Shown here piece by piece: positions 39,583-49,500 of a DNA stretch of 64,000 bases; the first letter of the stretch is position 1, and each line of letters opens with the position of its first letter. This DNA comes from Candidatus Bathyarchaeota archaeon. GTDB lineage: Archaea; Thermoproteota; Bathyarchaeia; TCS64. Made by a program: the position numbers and the translations under genes. Under the pieces are notes generated by a model. The model saw only the letters and a program-made list of their open reading frames with translations. It had not been told where the DNA came from and ran no database searches. Location: the NCBI GenBank assembly GCA_963771885.1, contig CAVYVF010000002.1, forward strand, positions 352,001 through 416,000, read 5' to 3'.

Positions 39583-40131
39583 ATGCGTCTAGTAGTGGCG
39601 ATCACGGGCGCAAGCGGCATAATCTACGGCAAACGCTTCCTCGAGGAGCTCAAGAGACGGGACGTTGAGGTTCACCTCGTCGTCAGCGACGCCGCTGAGA
39701 AGGTAGCGAACGCAGAGCTGGGAGATGTCGACTGGGCGGCACTCTCATCGCACCTCTACAGGCCGAACGAGTTGACGGCGCCTATCGCTAGCGGCTCGTT
39801 CCCCGTCGATGCAATGGTGATCGTCCCAGCAACTATGAAGACGATAGGAGGCATCGCCAACGGCTACTGCGACGACTTAATCAGCCGCGCCGCCGACGTC
39901 CAGCTAAAGGAGGGGCGGGGTCTCATGGTCGTGCCACGCGAGACGCCGCTACACGCAATCCACTTGGAGAATATGGCGAAGCTCAACAGGATGGGCGTCA
40001 CTATCCTCCCCGCCATGCCGGCATTCTATCACAAACCGAAGACCATGGAAGAGCTCGTCGACTTCATCGTTGGGAAGATGCTCGACCAGCTAGGCATCGA
40101 GCACGAGTTATACAGGCGCTGGGGCAGCTAA
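39583..40131 (+). CDS. ubiX: UbiX family flavin prenyltransferase
   Basis: AITGASG, APIASGS, RAADVQLKE, VPRETP, PAMPAFY. Confidence 0.95.
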   Translation: MRLVVAITGASGIIYGKRFLEELKRRDVEVHLVVSDAAEKVANAELGDVDWAALSSHLYRPNELTAPIASGSFPVDAMVIVPATMKTIGGIANGYCDDLISRAADVQLKEGRGLMVVPRETPLHAIHLENMAKLNRMGVTILPAMPAFYHKPKTMEELVDFIVGKMLDQLGIEHELYRRWGS

Positions 40132-40700
40132 CTTTCCTGCCTAAGCTCCTTTTCGAGCTGCGCTAAAAAGTTCTTCATGTACTGTGTGCGACCCCTCGCC
40201 ATGCGTTTCGCCTCGTCGGTGAACAGCAGGTCCTCCAGCTTGAGGAGTTTTTCGTGGAAGTGGGCGACGAAGTCGTTGACGGGGCGCTCGTGTTCGCCGC
40301 TGTACTCGGCCGTCCTATAGATGCCAATGGCGCCGAGGGCGTCGAGCTTGTCGGCGTCGGAGAGTATCTTCGCCTCAAGCGTCTCAGGGGGCTTTTTACC
40401 CGAGAAGCTGTGGACGGAGATCGCGGCGGCTATCTTTTCGATCGTATTCTCAGGTTGGTCGTATCGGCGTAGTATGGGCTTCGCCTTCTCTGCGCCAGCC
40501 TTGGCGTGGCTCTCCTCCAGGCGGGCGATGTCGTGTAGGAGCGCCGCGGGTAGTAGGACATCGAGGTCCGCCTTCTCAGCCAAGCCGATGTGGAGGCACG
40601 TGTCGAATACCCTGTCGACGTGATCGAAGCCGTGGGTGCCGAACGGAGGCGTCTGTGTACGGATCTCCTCCCTCAGCCGGGCAAGCAGTTCCTCGTCCAA
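40128..40700 (-). CDS. HD-domain phosphohydrolase
   Basis: HGFDHVDRV, ALLHDI, HSFS, DADKLDALGAIG. TTG start directly after the SSB stop. Confidence 0.9.
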   Translation of the reverse strand: MDEELLARLREEIRTQTPPFGTHGFDHVDRVFDTCLHIGLAEKADLDVLLPAALLHDIARLEESHAKAGAEKAKPILRRYDQPENTIEKIAAAISVHSFSGKKPPETLEAKILSDADKLDALGAIGIYRTAEYSGEHERPVNDFVAHFHEKLLKLEDLLFTDEAKRMARGRTQYMKNFLAQLEKELRQES

Positions 40701-40704
40701 TGTG

Positions 40705-41022
40705 CTACGCCTCGACTTTCTTGGCGTCGCTGTCCCTGCCGACATTGACCTGGAGCACGCCCTTGAAGGATGTTACGAAGCAGTCCATTAGCTCAACAGT
40801 GTCTCCGGCGACAATTTCTTTAAAGAGCTCTATCTTCTCGTTCCATACGGCGAAACTGATAGAGGCGGTGCCTTCGCTGATCTCACCTTCGAGTATGGAG
40901 TGCTCGACCCCTGAGTAGCTCTTGACATTCCTGACCCCCACCACACTGGTAACCTTGACTCTGAATGTGAGGTGCTCCATTCCTGGGCGTAGCTCCGAGA
41001 GCTTGGGGGCGCTGGGGGACAT
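40705..41022 (-). CDS. Single OB-fold ssDNA-binding protein
   Basis: LSELRPGM, KV, G.I...VW, GD.V, FKG.LQVNVGR. Confidence 0.8.
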   Translation of the reverse strand: MSPSAPKLSELRPGMEHLTFRVKVTSVVGVRNVKSYSGVEHSILEGEISEGTASISFAVWNEKIELFKEIVAGDTVELMDCFVTSFKGVLQVNVGRDSDAKKVEA

Positions 41023-41095
41023 TCAACTCACCTGAACGGGTGCGTGATAAAAGAGTTGGGTCCAATGCTTAAAGTATGGTTGCGCGGATTGGAAT

Positions 41096-42511
41096 GTGAT
41101 GAAGGCCCGGGTGAACCTCGTCTGCACGGAGTGCGGCTACGCCTTCCCGGCCGACTCGGACAGAGCGACCTGCGAGCGATGCGGGGGTATACTAGAGTAC
41201 ATCTGGGACGAGGAGTACCTCCGTTCAATCGAGTTCACAGGAGAGCTCAAGTTCTGGAGATACAAGCCCGTCCTCCCCCCCGTGAAGAAGCAAGTCAGCC
41301 TCGGCGAGGGGGGGACGCCGCTTCAGGAAGCGCACAGGCTCGCCGATTCCCTCGAGTTAAAAAACCTCTACCTTAAGGACGAGACACGCAACCCGACGAA
41401 CAGCTTCAAGGACCGCCCGGCTGCGCTCATCGTCTCGGACGCCTCAGGGAAGGGCTTCGGGTCAATCGTCTGCGCCACGAACGGCAACCACGGCGCATCC
41501 GTCGCAGCCTACTCAGCTAAGGCCGACATTTCCTGCCACCTCATCGTGCCCAAGGCGATGGATATCGCAAAGCTCGCCCAGATGATGGTCTACAACGCAG
41601 AGATAGTAGAGTCGGGCGAGACCATAGAGGAGGCGATGGGCAGAGCAAAGACGCTCGAAAAGGAGATGGGCTGGTACCAGGCGACGACAGAGCTAAATCC
41701 ACTCTCCGTCGAAGGGCTAAAGACCATCGCCTACGAGATAGCGGAGCAAAGGGGTGATCCGCTCTGGGTAGTCGCAGCCATGGGGAGTGGCGTTACGATA
41801 AGCTCGCTCTGGAAGGGCTTCAAGGAGCTAAAGACGATGGGGCGTCTCAAGACGTTGCCTCACCTCGTCGGCGTACAGGCGGAGGGGTGCTCACCGATCG
41901 TCTCCGCCTTCGCCTTAGGAAGCGACGAGCCAACACAGCTCACCCGGGGCGAGACTGAGGCTGCGGCGATCAGGGTCTCAAAGCCCGTCTTCGGTGAACT
42001 TGCCCTGCGCTCCCTACGGGAGTCCGGAGGATTCGCTACCTCGATAAGCGACGAGGAAATGCTCGCCGCGGGGCGCGACATCGCAAAATTGGAGGGCATA
42101 TTTGCGGAGCCAGCGAGTGCCTCAACGGTCGCCTGCCTTCGCAGTCTAGTCGAGTCGGGAAAGATCGACCGCCGTGACCGCATCACCTGCCTCATCACGA
42201 GCAGCGGCCTCAAGACCGACGATATCCTACAGAGCCTCACAAAGAGGAAGAGGTCACTCGGCCTTGGTTCCATGCTCACGACGAAAGAGAAGATTATGCG
42301 CCACATATTCGACGGCTCTACATACGGATACGAGATATGGAAGGCAATTGGCAAAGGCATGACGATAGGCGCGGTCTACCAGCACATAGCCGACCTCGAG
42401 GATCGGGGTCTCGTCTCCTCGACGGTGAAGGGAAAGCGCCGGTATTATGAGGTAACCGACAGGGGCAGGCGCGTCCTCGTCGCCCTAGACGATCTGCAAG
42501 TGCTCCTCTAG
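41096..42511 (+). CDS. thrC: Threonine synthase-like PLP enzyme fused to a C-terminal PadR-like winged HTH
   Basis: N-terminal CxxC..CxxC, LGEGGTP, NPTNSFKDR, EGIFAEPAS. Tail YGYEIWK..GAVYQHIADLEDRGLV..RRYYEVTDRG. Confidence 0.8.
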   Translation: MMKARVNLVCTECGYAFPADSDRATCERCGGILEYIWDEEYLRSIEFTGELKFWRYKPVLPPVKKQVSLGEGGTPLQEAHRLADSLELKNLYLKDETRNPTNSFKDRPAALIVSDASGKGFGSIVCATNGNHGASVAAYSAKADISCHLIVPKAMDIAKLAQMMVYNAEIVESGETIEEAMGRAKTLEKEMGWYQATTELNPLSVEGLKTIAYEIAEQRGDPLWVVAAMGSGVTISSLWKGFKELKTMGRLKTLPHLVGVQAEGCSPIVSAFALGSDEPTQLTRGETEAAAIRVSKPVFGELALRSLRESGGFATSISDEEMLAAGRDIAKLEGIFAEPASASTVACLRSLVESGKIDRRDRITCLITSSGLKTDDILQSLTKRKRSLGLGSMLTTKEKIMRHIFDGSTYGYEIWKAIGKGMTIGAVYQHIADLEDRGLVSSTVKGKRRYYEVTDRGRRVLVALDDLQVLL

Positions 42512-42571
42512 TAAAAATTATTATAGTTGAAACTATTAGTAGTTGTAACTATAATACTGGTGTTTGTCTTG

Positions 42572-43081
42572 ATGGGCAGCAACGGAAGCAAACTGGACTC
42601 TCGTAGTCTCGCCGCGATGGCGATAATGGGCGCACTAACGACAGTCGTAACGATGCTTGCTTTACCCTTCGCCCCAACGGGCGGTTTCTTCAACTTAGGT
42701 GACGCGATCGTTATGACGACGGCGATCGTCTTCGGCCCAATAGTCGGGGCGGTCTCCGGCGGTGTCGGCTCCGCTCTCGCCGATCTCCTACTCGGCTACA
42801 GCGCCTTCGCCCCGTTCACACTCTTAATCAAGGGGCTAGAGGGTTTCCTCATCGGCACGATCGCCGGAGGCAAGGGCAAGACGTCCCTCGTGAGGCTAGC
42901 GATTGCGTGGGTAGTCGGCGGCGTGACGATTGTCGGCGGTTATTGGTTCGCCGAGGCATTCATCATGGGGCTGGGAGTTCCAGCCGCTAACGCAGAGATA
43001 ATCATTAACATCCCGCAGGCGATAGGCTCAGTAATAGGGATACCGATCGCCCTCGGCGTCAAGTCCCGCCTCAGGCTCTAG
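42572..43081 (+). CDS. ECF transporter S component
   Basis: P..GGFFNLGDA, GGVGSALADL, APFTLLIKG; hydrophobic throughout. Confidence 0.88.
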   Translation: MGSNGSKLDSRSLAAMAIMGALTTVVTMLALPFAPTGGFFNLGDAIVMTTAIVFGPIVGAVSGGVGSALADLLLGYSAFAPFTLLIKGLEGFLIGTIAGGKGKTSLVRLAIAWVVGGVTIVGGYWFAEAFIMGLGVPAANAEIIINIPQAIGSVIGIPIALGVKSRLRL

Positions 43082-43118
43082 CCCACAGACATAATACCCA
43101 CGCAGCCGATTACAAGTC

Positions 43119-44000
43119 GTGTCCTCAGCCGAGAGAGCCGCCTCACTAATCACGAAGCTAGACCCCCGCGAGCTGAGGATCCTACAAGGCATCGAACTAG
43201 GGATGTCCAAGTACGAGTTTGTCCCCCTCGATAATATAACAAAGTACACTGGTCTGGGCGACGACGAGGTCATCTTCTGGCTCAAGGAGCTTGACAAGAA
43301 GGCTCTCCTCTGGAGGCAGATGGAGGGCTACAACGGGTTCATCCTCAACTACAACAGCTACGACTTGCTCGCCCTGAACGCCCTCGTGAAGGGTGGTGTC
43401 ATCGATGCGTTGGGGATGCCCTTAGGTATGGGGAAGGAGGCGGATGTACTGGAGGCGCTCACTCCCTCGGGAGAGGGTGTCGCCGTAAAGTTTCACAGGC
43501 TGGGTCGCGTCAGCTTCCGTGACACACGCCGGAAGCGTGAGTACCTCTCGGGGCGCCACGGAGTATCGTGGCTCTATCAGTCACGCCTTGCAGCCGAGAA
43601 GGAGTACTACGCCTTATCCCTCGCATTCAACGCAGGCGTCTCTGTGCCTAAGCCCATCTCCCAGAACCGCCACCTCATCGTGATGCAGAGGGTCGAGGGC
43701 CGCCAGTTATCCGAGGTTATTGAGATAGAAGACCCAGAAAGCCTCCTCGACGACATCATCGAGAACGTCCACAAGGCGTACAAGGCGGGGGTTATACATG
43801 CCGACCTTAGTGAGTTCAACATACTCATTACCACCGAGAGCGGTCTCTTCGTAATCGACTGGCCCCAGTACATCCCGCCTAGCCACCCTAACGCCGGGGA
43901 GATACTGGAGCGGGATGTGAAGAACGTGCTCACATTCTTCAGGAGAAAGTACGGCGTGGGAAGGGAACTCGAGGATGCCCTAAGCCTGATTAAGGCTTGA
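43119..44000 (+). CDS. rio2: RIO2-family Ser/Thr kinase
   Basis: N-terminal wHTH, GMGKEADV, KFHRLGRVSF, IHADLSEFNI, IDWPQ. Confidence 0.92.
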   Translation: MSSAERAASLITKLDPRELRILQGIELGMSKYEFVPLDNITKYTGLGDDEVIFWLKELDKKALLWRQMEGYNGFILNYNSYDLLALNALVKGGVIDALGMPLGMGKEADVLEALTPSGEGVAVKFHRLGRVSFRDTRRKREYLSGRHGVSWLYQSRLAAEKEYYALSLAFNAGVSVPKPISQNRHLIVMQRVEGRQLSEVIEIEDPESLLDDIIENVHKAYKAGVIHADLSEFNILITTESGLFVIDWPQYIPPSHPNAGEILERDVKNVLTFFRRKYGVGRELEDALSLIKA

Positions 44001-46083
44001 GAGCTATTTTCACGTCTAGCGCCTGGCAACCCTCGCCCTCTCTATAGACGAGTATGGGGTTGATGTCCATCTCGGATATTTCGGGGTAGGCAGTGACGAG
44101 CTGGCTGACGCGGAGAATCGTCTCTTGGAGAGCCTTTATATCGGCTGGCGGCTCACCGCGTATCCCCTTGAGGAGGGTGTAGGACTTGGTGTCCTTCACG
44201 ATGCCCTCGGCGTCGCGCGGGCTCATCGGGGCGATCCTGAAGGCGACGTCCTTGAGAAAGTTGACGTAGATGCCTCCGAGTCCAAACATTACCATTGGGC
44301 CGAACTGGGGATCGCGACTCATGCCTATTATCATCTCCCTGCCCTTTGGCACCATCTTGTCAACGGAAACGCCGTATATCTTCGCCTCTGGGTGCGCCGT
44401 GCGGCTCTTCTCCATGATCTCGGCGAATGCCTTGCGAACCATCTCTGGAGTGGTTATATTGAGTACGACGCCGCCGATATCGGTCTTGTGGAGGATATCC
44501 GGGGACACTATCTTCATGACGACTGGGTAACCCATCTCCGCGGCGCGTTTGATAGCGTCCTCTGTCTTCTCAGCGAGCACACACGGGGGGGCGGGTATCC
44601 CGAACGCGCGCGCTACGTCGGCCGCTTCGGGTGGAAGCAGCACATTCCGGTTATCCGCTCTGACCGCCTTGAAAATGGCGTCTACCTTCTTCTTATCTAC
44701 GGAGTAGTTTGACGGCTTCTCGTCGGGTAGCTTGAGGTACCTCTGGTAGCGGTAGATGGCGTCCGCGGTTCTTATCGCCTTCTCAGGGAAGTCGAAGCAG
44801 GGTATCCCGTTTCCTTTCAGGTGCTTCGCGGCACTCTCGACCTGTTCGCCCCCCATGAAGACGGCTAACATCGTTTTCTCCGGGTGCTTCGCGTGGAGCC
44901 TGACCATCGCGTCTGCCGTGGCCATGCTGTCGGTCATCGCCTGCGGCGTTAGGAGGACAACTACGAGGTGTACGCCCTGGTCCCAGAGCGCCTCCTCGAT
45001 GGCGAAGGCGTAGCGGTCTGCGCCGGCGTCGCCGAGGACGTCGATCGGGTTGCCCGTCGAAGCTGCGGCGGGTAGCCCCTTCTTGAGCTTCTCCTTCGTC
45101 TCGCCCTTGATCTCGGAGACCTTGAGTCCGAGGCGCTCGACGAGGTCGGTTGCGAGTATCCCGGGGCCGCCGGCGTTGGTGACTATTGCGATACCCTCGT
45201 CCTTGGGTAGTGGTTGCTCTACGAAGGCGATGGCGTAGTTGAATAGGTCCTCCATCGTGTCGGCGAGTATGACGCCAGACTTCTCGAAGGCCTTTTGATA
45301 GGCGAGGAAGCTGCCGACGAGAGCGCCGGTGTGACTGCCCGCCGCTTTTGCGCCTGCACTGCTTGTGCCGCCCTTGACGACGAGCATCGGTTTCTTCTTC
45401 GTGACCCTGCTCGCGACCTCGATGAACTTGGCGCCCCTCTCTATTGACTCGAGGTAGAGAAGTATTACCTTGACGTCGGGGTCGTCTGCCATGGCCTCTA
45501 TGAAGTCGACCTCGTCGAGGTCGGCCTTGTTACCGAGGCTGATGAAGCTGTGGAACCCGATCTCCTTCTTTATGATCCAGTCGAGGATGGCTGTGCCGAG
45601 TGCGCCGCTCTGGCTGATGAACCCGATGCCGCCCCTCTTTGGGAGCGCTGCGGCGAAGCTGAGGTCGAGGGGCGCCCACGTGTTTATCGCGCCGAGGCAG
45701 TTGGGGCCTTGTATCCTGATCCCGTGCTTGTGAGCTAGGTCCGCAACGTGCTTCTCGAGCTCCGCGCCCTCCTTGCCCGTCTCCTTGAAGCCGGCGCTGA
45801 TGATGATCATCGACTTGACGCCCTTCTCACCGCATTCCTCGACGACGGGTGGGATGAGCTTCGCGGGTATCGCGACGACTGCTAGGTCGACGTTATCCTT
45901 TATCTCCTTGACGGATGTGTATGCTTTGAGGCCGAGTATCTGACCCCCTTGAGGGTTGATAGGGTAAATCTTCCCCTGGTAGCCACTCTTGAGCATGTTC
46001 CTCACGAGGATGTAGCCAACCTTGTTTGGTGTCGCCGAGGCTCCTATGATCGCCACAGACGATGGTCTAAATATTGAGTCCAA
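43990..46083 (-). CDS. acd: Acetate/acyl-CoA ligase (ADP-forming), fused alpha-beta
   Basis: VAIIGAS, GPNCLG, SQSGA, GNKAD, SHTG (phospho-His), NAGG.G, HKTDIGGV, DINP. Confidence 0.93.
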   Translation of the reverse strand: MDSIFRPSSVAIIGASATPNKVGYILVRNMLKSGYQGKIYPINPQGGQILGLKAYTSVKEIKDNVDLAVVAIPAKLIPPVVEECGEKGVKSMIIISAGFKETGKEGAELEKHVADLAHKHGIRIQGPNCLGAINTWAPLDLSFAAALPKRGGIGFISQSGALGTAILDWIIKKEIGFHSFISLGNKADLDEVDFIEAMADDPDVKVILLYLESIERGAKFIEVASRVTKKKPMLVVKGGTSSAGAKAAGSHTGALVGSFLAYQKAFEKSGVILADTMEDLFNYAIAFVEQPLPKDEGIAIVTNAGGPGILATDLVERLGLKVSEIKGETKEKLKKGLPAAASTGNPIDVLGDAGADRYAFAIEEALWDQGVHLVVVLLTPQAMTDSMATADAMVRLHAKHPEKTMLAVFMGGEQVESAAKHLKGNGIPCFDFPEKAIRTADAIYRYQRYLKLPDEKPSNYSVDKKKVDAIFKAVRADNRNVLLPPEAADVARAFGIPAPPCVLAEKTEDAIKRAAEMGYPVVMKIVSPDILHKTDIGGVVLNITTPEMVRKAFAEIMEKSRTAHPEAKIYGVSVDKMVPKGREMIIGMSRDPQFGPMVMFGLGGIYVNFLKDVAFRIAPMSPRDAEGIVKDTKSYTLLKGIRGEPPADIKALQETILRVSQLVTAYPEISEMDINPILVYREGEGCQALDVKIALKP

Positions 46084-46254
46084 CTGTGCCGTCGCGTCTC
46101 ACCTATCTTTTACGAGGGCGTTCACCTGACATACGGTCCTACCAATAAAAATGTTGACTATTTACCATACACGTGTTGAGTTGATCATTCACGCCATTTC
46201 CGAGGAATATTTTGATGAATCAGAGAATTTGCACGCCTCAGCCGGAGCAGAAAG

Positions 46255-47322
46255 TTGTTAAATGAAAATCGTATTTACTTTATGATCACCGTGTCTACCA
46301 AGCCAAAGGTCTTCGGTCATCTGCTCGTCGACGTCGTGCGCCCGGGGCTATGTGTCGCGTGTGGCTCCTGCGCCTCGGCCTGCCCAGTCGATGCGATAAA
46401 CCTCGTCGAGGAAACGCCAAAACTGGTCGGGAAGTGCACGGCGTGTGGGGTGTGCTACGTGAGCTGCCCGAGGACGGAGCACGGATTCACCGAGCTTGAG
46501 ACGCAGGTACTGGGTAGGGCTAGACTGCCTGAGGAGGTGTGTAATGGCGTCGTCAATGGGGCATATGCAGTTAGGTCGCTTGACGAGTCAATGAAGGAGC
46601 ATGTTCAGGACGGCGGCGCAGTGACCGCGATACTTCTCAAACAGGTGACGACCGGTGGCGGCGCTGTGGTGGCTGGGGTGGATGAGGAGAAGCCGTGGTT
46701 TCCCGTGCCGGTTCTCGCCGATGACAGGGAGAAGATCATCGAGTGCGCAGGGACGAAATACACGTCCGCGCCCATGATCACGGCGCTTAAGCAAGCGGAG
46801 AGGGATGGCCTCGACAAGGTCGCCTTCGTAGGTACACCATGCCAGATACACGCTCTCCGCCGGCGTAAGAACAAGGTCGACGCCCTTGCCATCGGCCTCT
46901 TCTGCATGGAGACGTTTGACTACAACAAGTTGATGGCGAACCTGCGGGAGCAGGGAGTCGATCCTGCAAAGGTCACGAAGTTCGAGATCAAGAGCGGAAA
47001 GTTCATCGCCCACAGGCCCCCAGAGGCGCCGTACGAGGTGAAGATTAGGAAGCTCAAGGAGCTCTCGCGCCCCTGCTGCCGTGTCTGCCAGGACTACACC
47101 TCCGAGCTGGCGGACATCTCCGTTGGGAATGTGGGCTCTCCCGATGGTTACTCCACCGTGCTCGTGAGGTCGGTGAATGGGAAAACAGCGCTCGAAGCCG
47201 CCGAGAAAGCAGGGCTCGTGGAGATTAAGCCGCTCAGCGACTATCAGCCCGGCATGGGGCTAGTAGACAAACTAGCTGACATGAAGAAAAAGGAGAACGT
47301 CCCGAAGCCGCTAGATCAGTAG
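46255..47322 (+). CDS. F420 hydrogenase/dehydrogenase beta-subunit family protein with N-terminal 2[4Fe-4S]
   Basis: CVACGSCASACP, CTACGVCYVSCP, QDGGAVT, AGTKY, VGTPCQ, IGLFC, C.DYT.ELADISVG. Confidence 0.9.
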   Translation: MLNENRIYFMITVSTKPKVFGHLLVDVVRPGLCVACGSCASACPVDAINLVEETPKLVGKCTACGVCYVSCPRTEHGFTELETQVLGRARLPEEVCNGVVNGAYAVRSLDESMKEHVQDGGAVTAILLKQVTTGGGAVVAGVDEEKPWFPVPVLADDREKIIECAGTKYTSAPMITALKQAERDGLDKVAFVGTPCQIHALRRRKNKVDALAIGLFCMETFDYNKLMANLREQGVDPAKVTKFEIKSGKFIAHRPPEAPYEVKIRKLKELSRPCCRVCQDYTSELADISVGNVGSPDGYSTVLVRSVNGKTALEAAEKAGLVEIKPLSDYQPGMGLVDKLADMKKKENVPKPLDQ

Positions 47323-47973
47323 CCCCTTCTGCTTCGCCCTTTCAATCAGCGTCTTCTTGACGTCTTCGCGGAGCGGGCGCGGCTTGCCAACGAGCATGAC
47401 CTCGTAGTGGAGTTTGGCGAGGAACTCCGCCATCTTGGCGTTCGCTGCCGCTTCCTCGATTGTCTTACCTATCGTCGTCAGACCATGGTGGGGCATTAAG
47501 CAGGCGATATGGTCCTTCATAGTCTCGACGAGGTTGTCTGCCAGCTCGTCAGTGCCTGGTGGCGCGAACTTTGAGACAGGTATCCCCTTGGCGAGGGCAG
47601 GGGCCTCGAATATCTCGATGCCCATTGGTATGATCTCCTGCTCGAGGATCGAGAGTATAGTGCAGTACTGGGGGTGGACGTGGACTACGCCGCCCGACTC
47701 GGGCCACTGCTTGTAGAGGCGTGTGTGGAAGGGCGTCTCGATGCTCGGCTTATCCTTGCCCTCGAGGACCTTACGCGTCTCGATGTCAACGACAATGAAG
47801 TGGTGGGGCTCAAGGTCGCCGAAGCTGTACCCGCTCGGCTTGATGATGCAATTATTTGTTCCCGGGATCCGGGCGCTGATGTTACCTGATGTGCCGTGTG
47901 TGAGCTTCTGGTCCCAAATCTGCCTACCGACCTTAGCAAGGCGTTCTCTGAGGTCCTTCTCGACGATGTCCAT
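47311..47973 (-). CDS. Class II aldolase/adducin family protein
   Basis: SGNISAR, KPSG, PSIETPFH, VHVH, HHG. Confidence 0.9.
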   Translation of the reverse strand: MDIVEKDLRERLAKVGRQIWDQKLTHGTSGNISARIPGTNNCIIKPSGYSFGDLEPHHFIVVDIETRKVLEGKDKPSIETPFHTRLYKQWPESGGVVHVHPQYCTILSILEQEIIPMGIEIFEAPALAKGIPVSKFAPPGTDELADNLVETMKDHIACLMPHHGLTTIGKTIEEAAANAKMAEFLAKLHYEVMLVGKPRPLREDVKKTLIERAKQKGLLI

Positions 47974-48006
47974 GGACTAATCAAATACGAGACGGCCGCT
48001 GCGTGT

Positions 48007-49494
48007 TTATAAGACTCCCGAAAGGTGTCTGCGCGTCTCTATCCAGGACTCGTATAGCTTAGCGTATTCCTCGGCGAGGGCGGCGTCTGGCTTATAGGGC
48101 TCCTCCATGTGAACCATTCCTCTGATAGCTACCCTCATGTCCTTGTGAATGCCTGCTCCTACTGCGGCGCATATCGCGGCGCCGACAGCAGTCGCGTCAC
48201 GCTCCACTGGTACCTTTATGGGAGCATCGAGGACGGCGGCCTGAATGTTGCTCCATATTTCAGCCTTCGAGTTGCCACCGCAGAACCCGAGCGTCCTCAC
48301 CTTCGCCCCTGTGATCTCGGTTAGCTGTTTGAGGTTCGCTTTGACGGCGTAGCAGTTTGCTTCCAGTATCGCGCGGGCGAGGTCACCACGGGTGAAACGA
48401 GAGGAGCCGAGGATCGTAGGAGGCACCGGGGAGTCGCCGAGTGTATCACCCTGCCAGTATGGTGGCCCGGCGTTGAAGACGTGCGGACCCATGTAGACCT
48501 TGACGCCATTCGAGCCGGGTGGCGACCCCGCGGCGAGGGCGTTCATCGTCTCGTAGATCCTGAGCGACGGCTTCTCGCAGAGGATGTTGTCCCTGAACCA
48601 CCTATAGACCCACCCGGTGCGGCCCGCGTTGCTCTCCAGTATCCACCTGCCGTCTACAGCGTGCATGTTCGTCCACGTGCGACCACCGTTGTCGAGTATG
48701 GGCTTCTCGGTGACCATCTGGACGGGCGTCGTCGTGCCTCCGACGACTACTACATCACCGGGGTTGACAGCGCCACATCCTATTAGGCCGCACTGCGTAT
48801 CGGCGCCACCGACCACGACGGGTGTGCCCTCGACGAGTGTAGTACCCTTCGCCGCTTTTTCAGTTATCTGGGCGACTCGAGTGGTGTTCTTAACGACCTC
48901 GGGGAAGATGCATGAGGGGAGTTTCAGTTCATCTATGAGTCCCCATGCCCAGTCGCCTTTCTCGACGTCGAATAGGCTCGTCTCGCAAGCGCTGGAGCCC
49001 TCCGTGTAGGGTACGCCTCCGAGCATATAGCCCGCCCAGTCGCTAATCATGAGGAAAATGTGCGCCCTGTTGAGTACCTCAGGGTGTCTGTCCCTGAGCC
49101 AGGCTAGCTTCGCGGCTGCTATCCATCCGGAGACGGGCCAGTGGCCGGAGACGCGGTACATCTTCTCGCCTAGGCGCTTGTTCAGATCGTCTCCGTGTGC
49201 GTAGACGTCTGGAGTGAACCTGAGCAGTATCTCCTTGCCTCGTTTGTCGAGGAGGACGAACTCCTCTCTCATGCTAGTCGTGCTGATCCCTGCGACATCG
49301 CCGGGCTCAATCTCTGAGCCCGCGATGGTCTTCCTGATGACTTTCTTTATGGCGCGCCAACCGATGTCGGTGTTCCAGTCGTCACGGTTCCACTCGACGC
49401 CCGCCTGGGACACGATCTTGCCCTTGATGTCGACTAGAAAGCATTTAACACCGCCGGAGCCGCAGTCTATCGCCATCAGGTGGTCTGCGGACAA
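48007..49494 (-). CDS. FGGY-family carbohydrate kinase (YoaC/LsrK-like)
   Basis: AIDCGSG, TSMRE, ISDW, GGADTQCG, GTTTP, WILESNAG, CGG.SK. Confidence 0.87.
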   Translation of the reverse strand: MSADHLMAIDCGSGGVKCFLVDIKGKIVSQAGVEWNRDDWNTDIGWRAIKKVIRKTIAGSEIEPGDVAGISTTSMREEFVLLDKRGKEILLRFTPDVYAHGDDLNKRLGEKMYRVSGHWPVSGWIAAAKLAWLRDRHPEVLNRAHIFLMISDWAGYMLGGVPYTEGSSACETSLFDVEKGDWAWGLIDELKLPSCIFPEVVKNTTRVAQITEKAAKGTTLVEGTPVVVGGADTQCGLIGCGAVNPGDVVVVGGTTTPVQMVTEKPILDNGGRTWTNMHAVDGRWILESNAGRTGWVYRWFRDNILCEKPSLRIYETMNALAAGSPPGSNGVKVYMGPHVFNAGPPYWQGDTLGDSPVPPTILGSSRFTRGDLARAILEANCYAVKANLKQLTEITGAKVRTLGFCGGNSKAEIWSNIQAAVLDAPIKVPVERDATAVGAAICAAVGAGIHKDMRVAIRGMVHMEEPYKPDAALAEEYAKLYESWIETRRHLSGVL

Positions 49495-49500
49495 CTAAGC

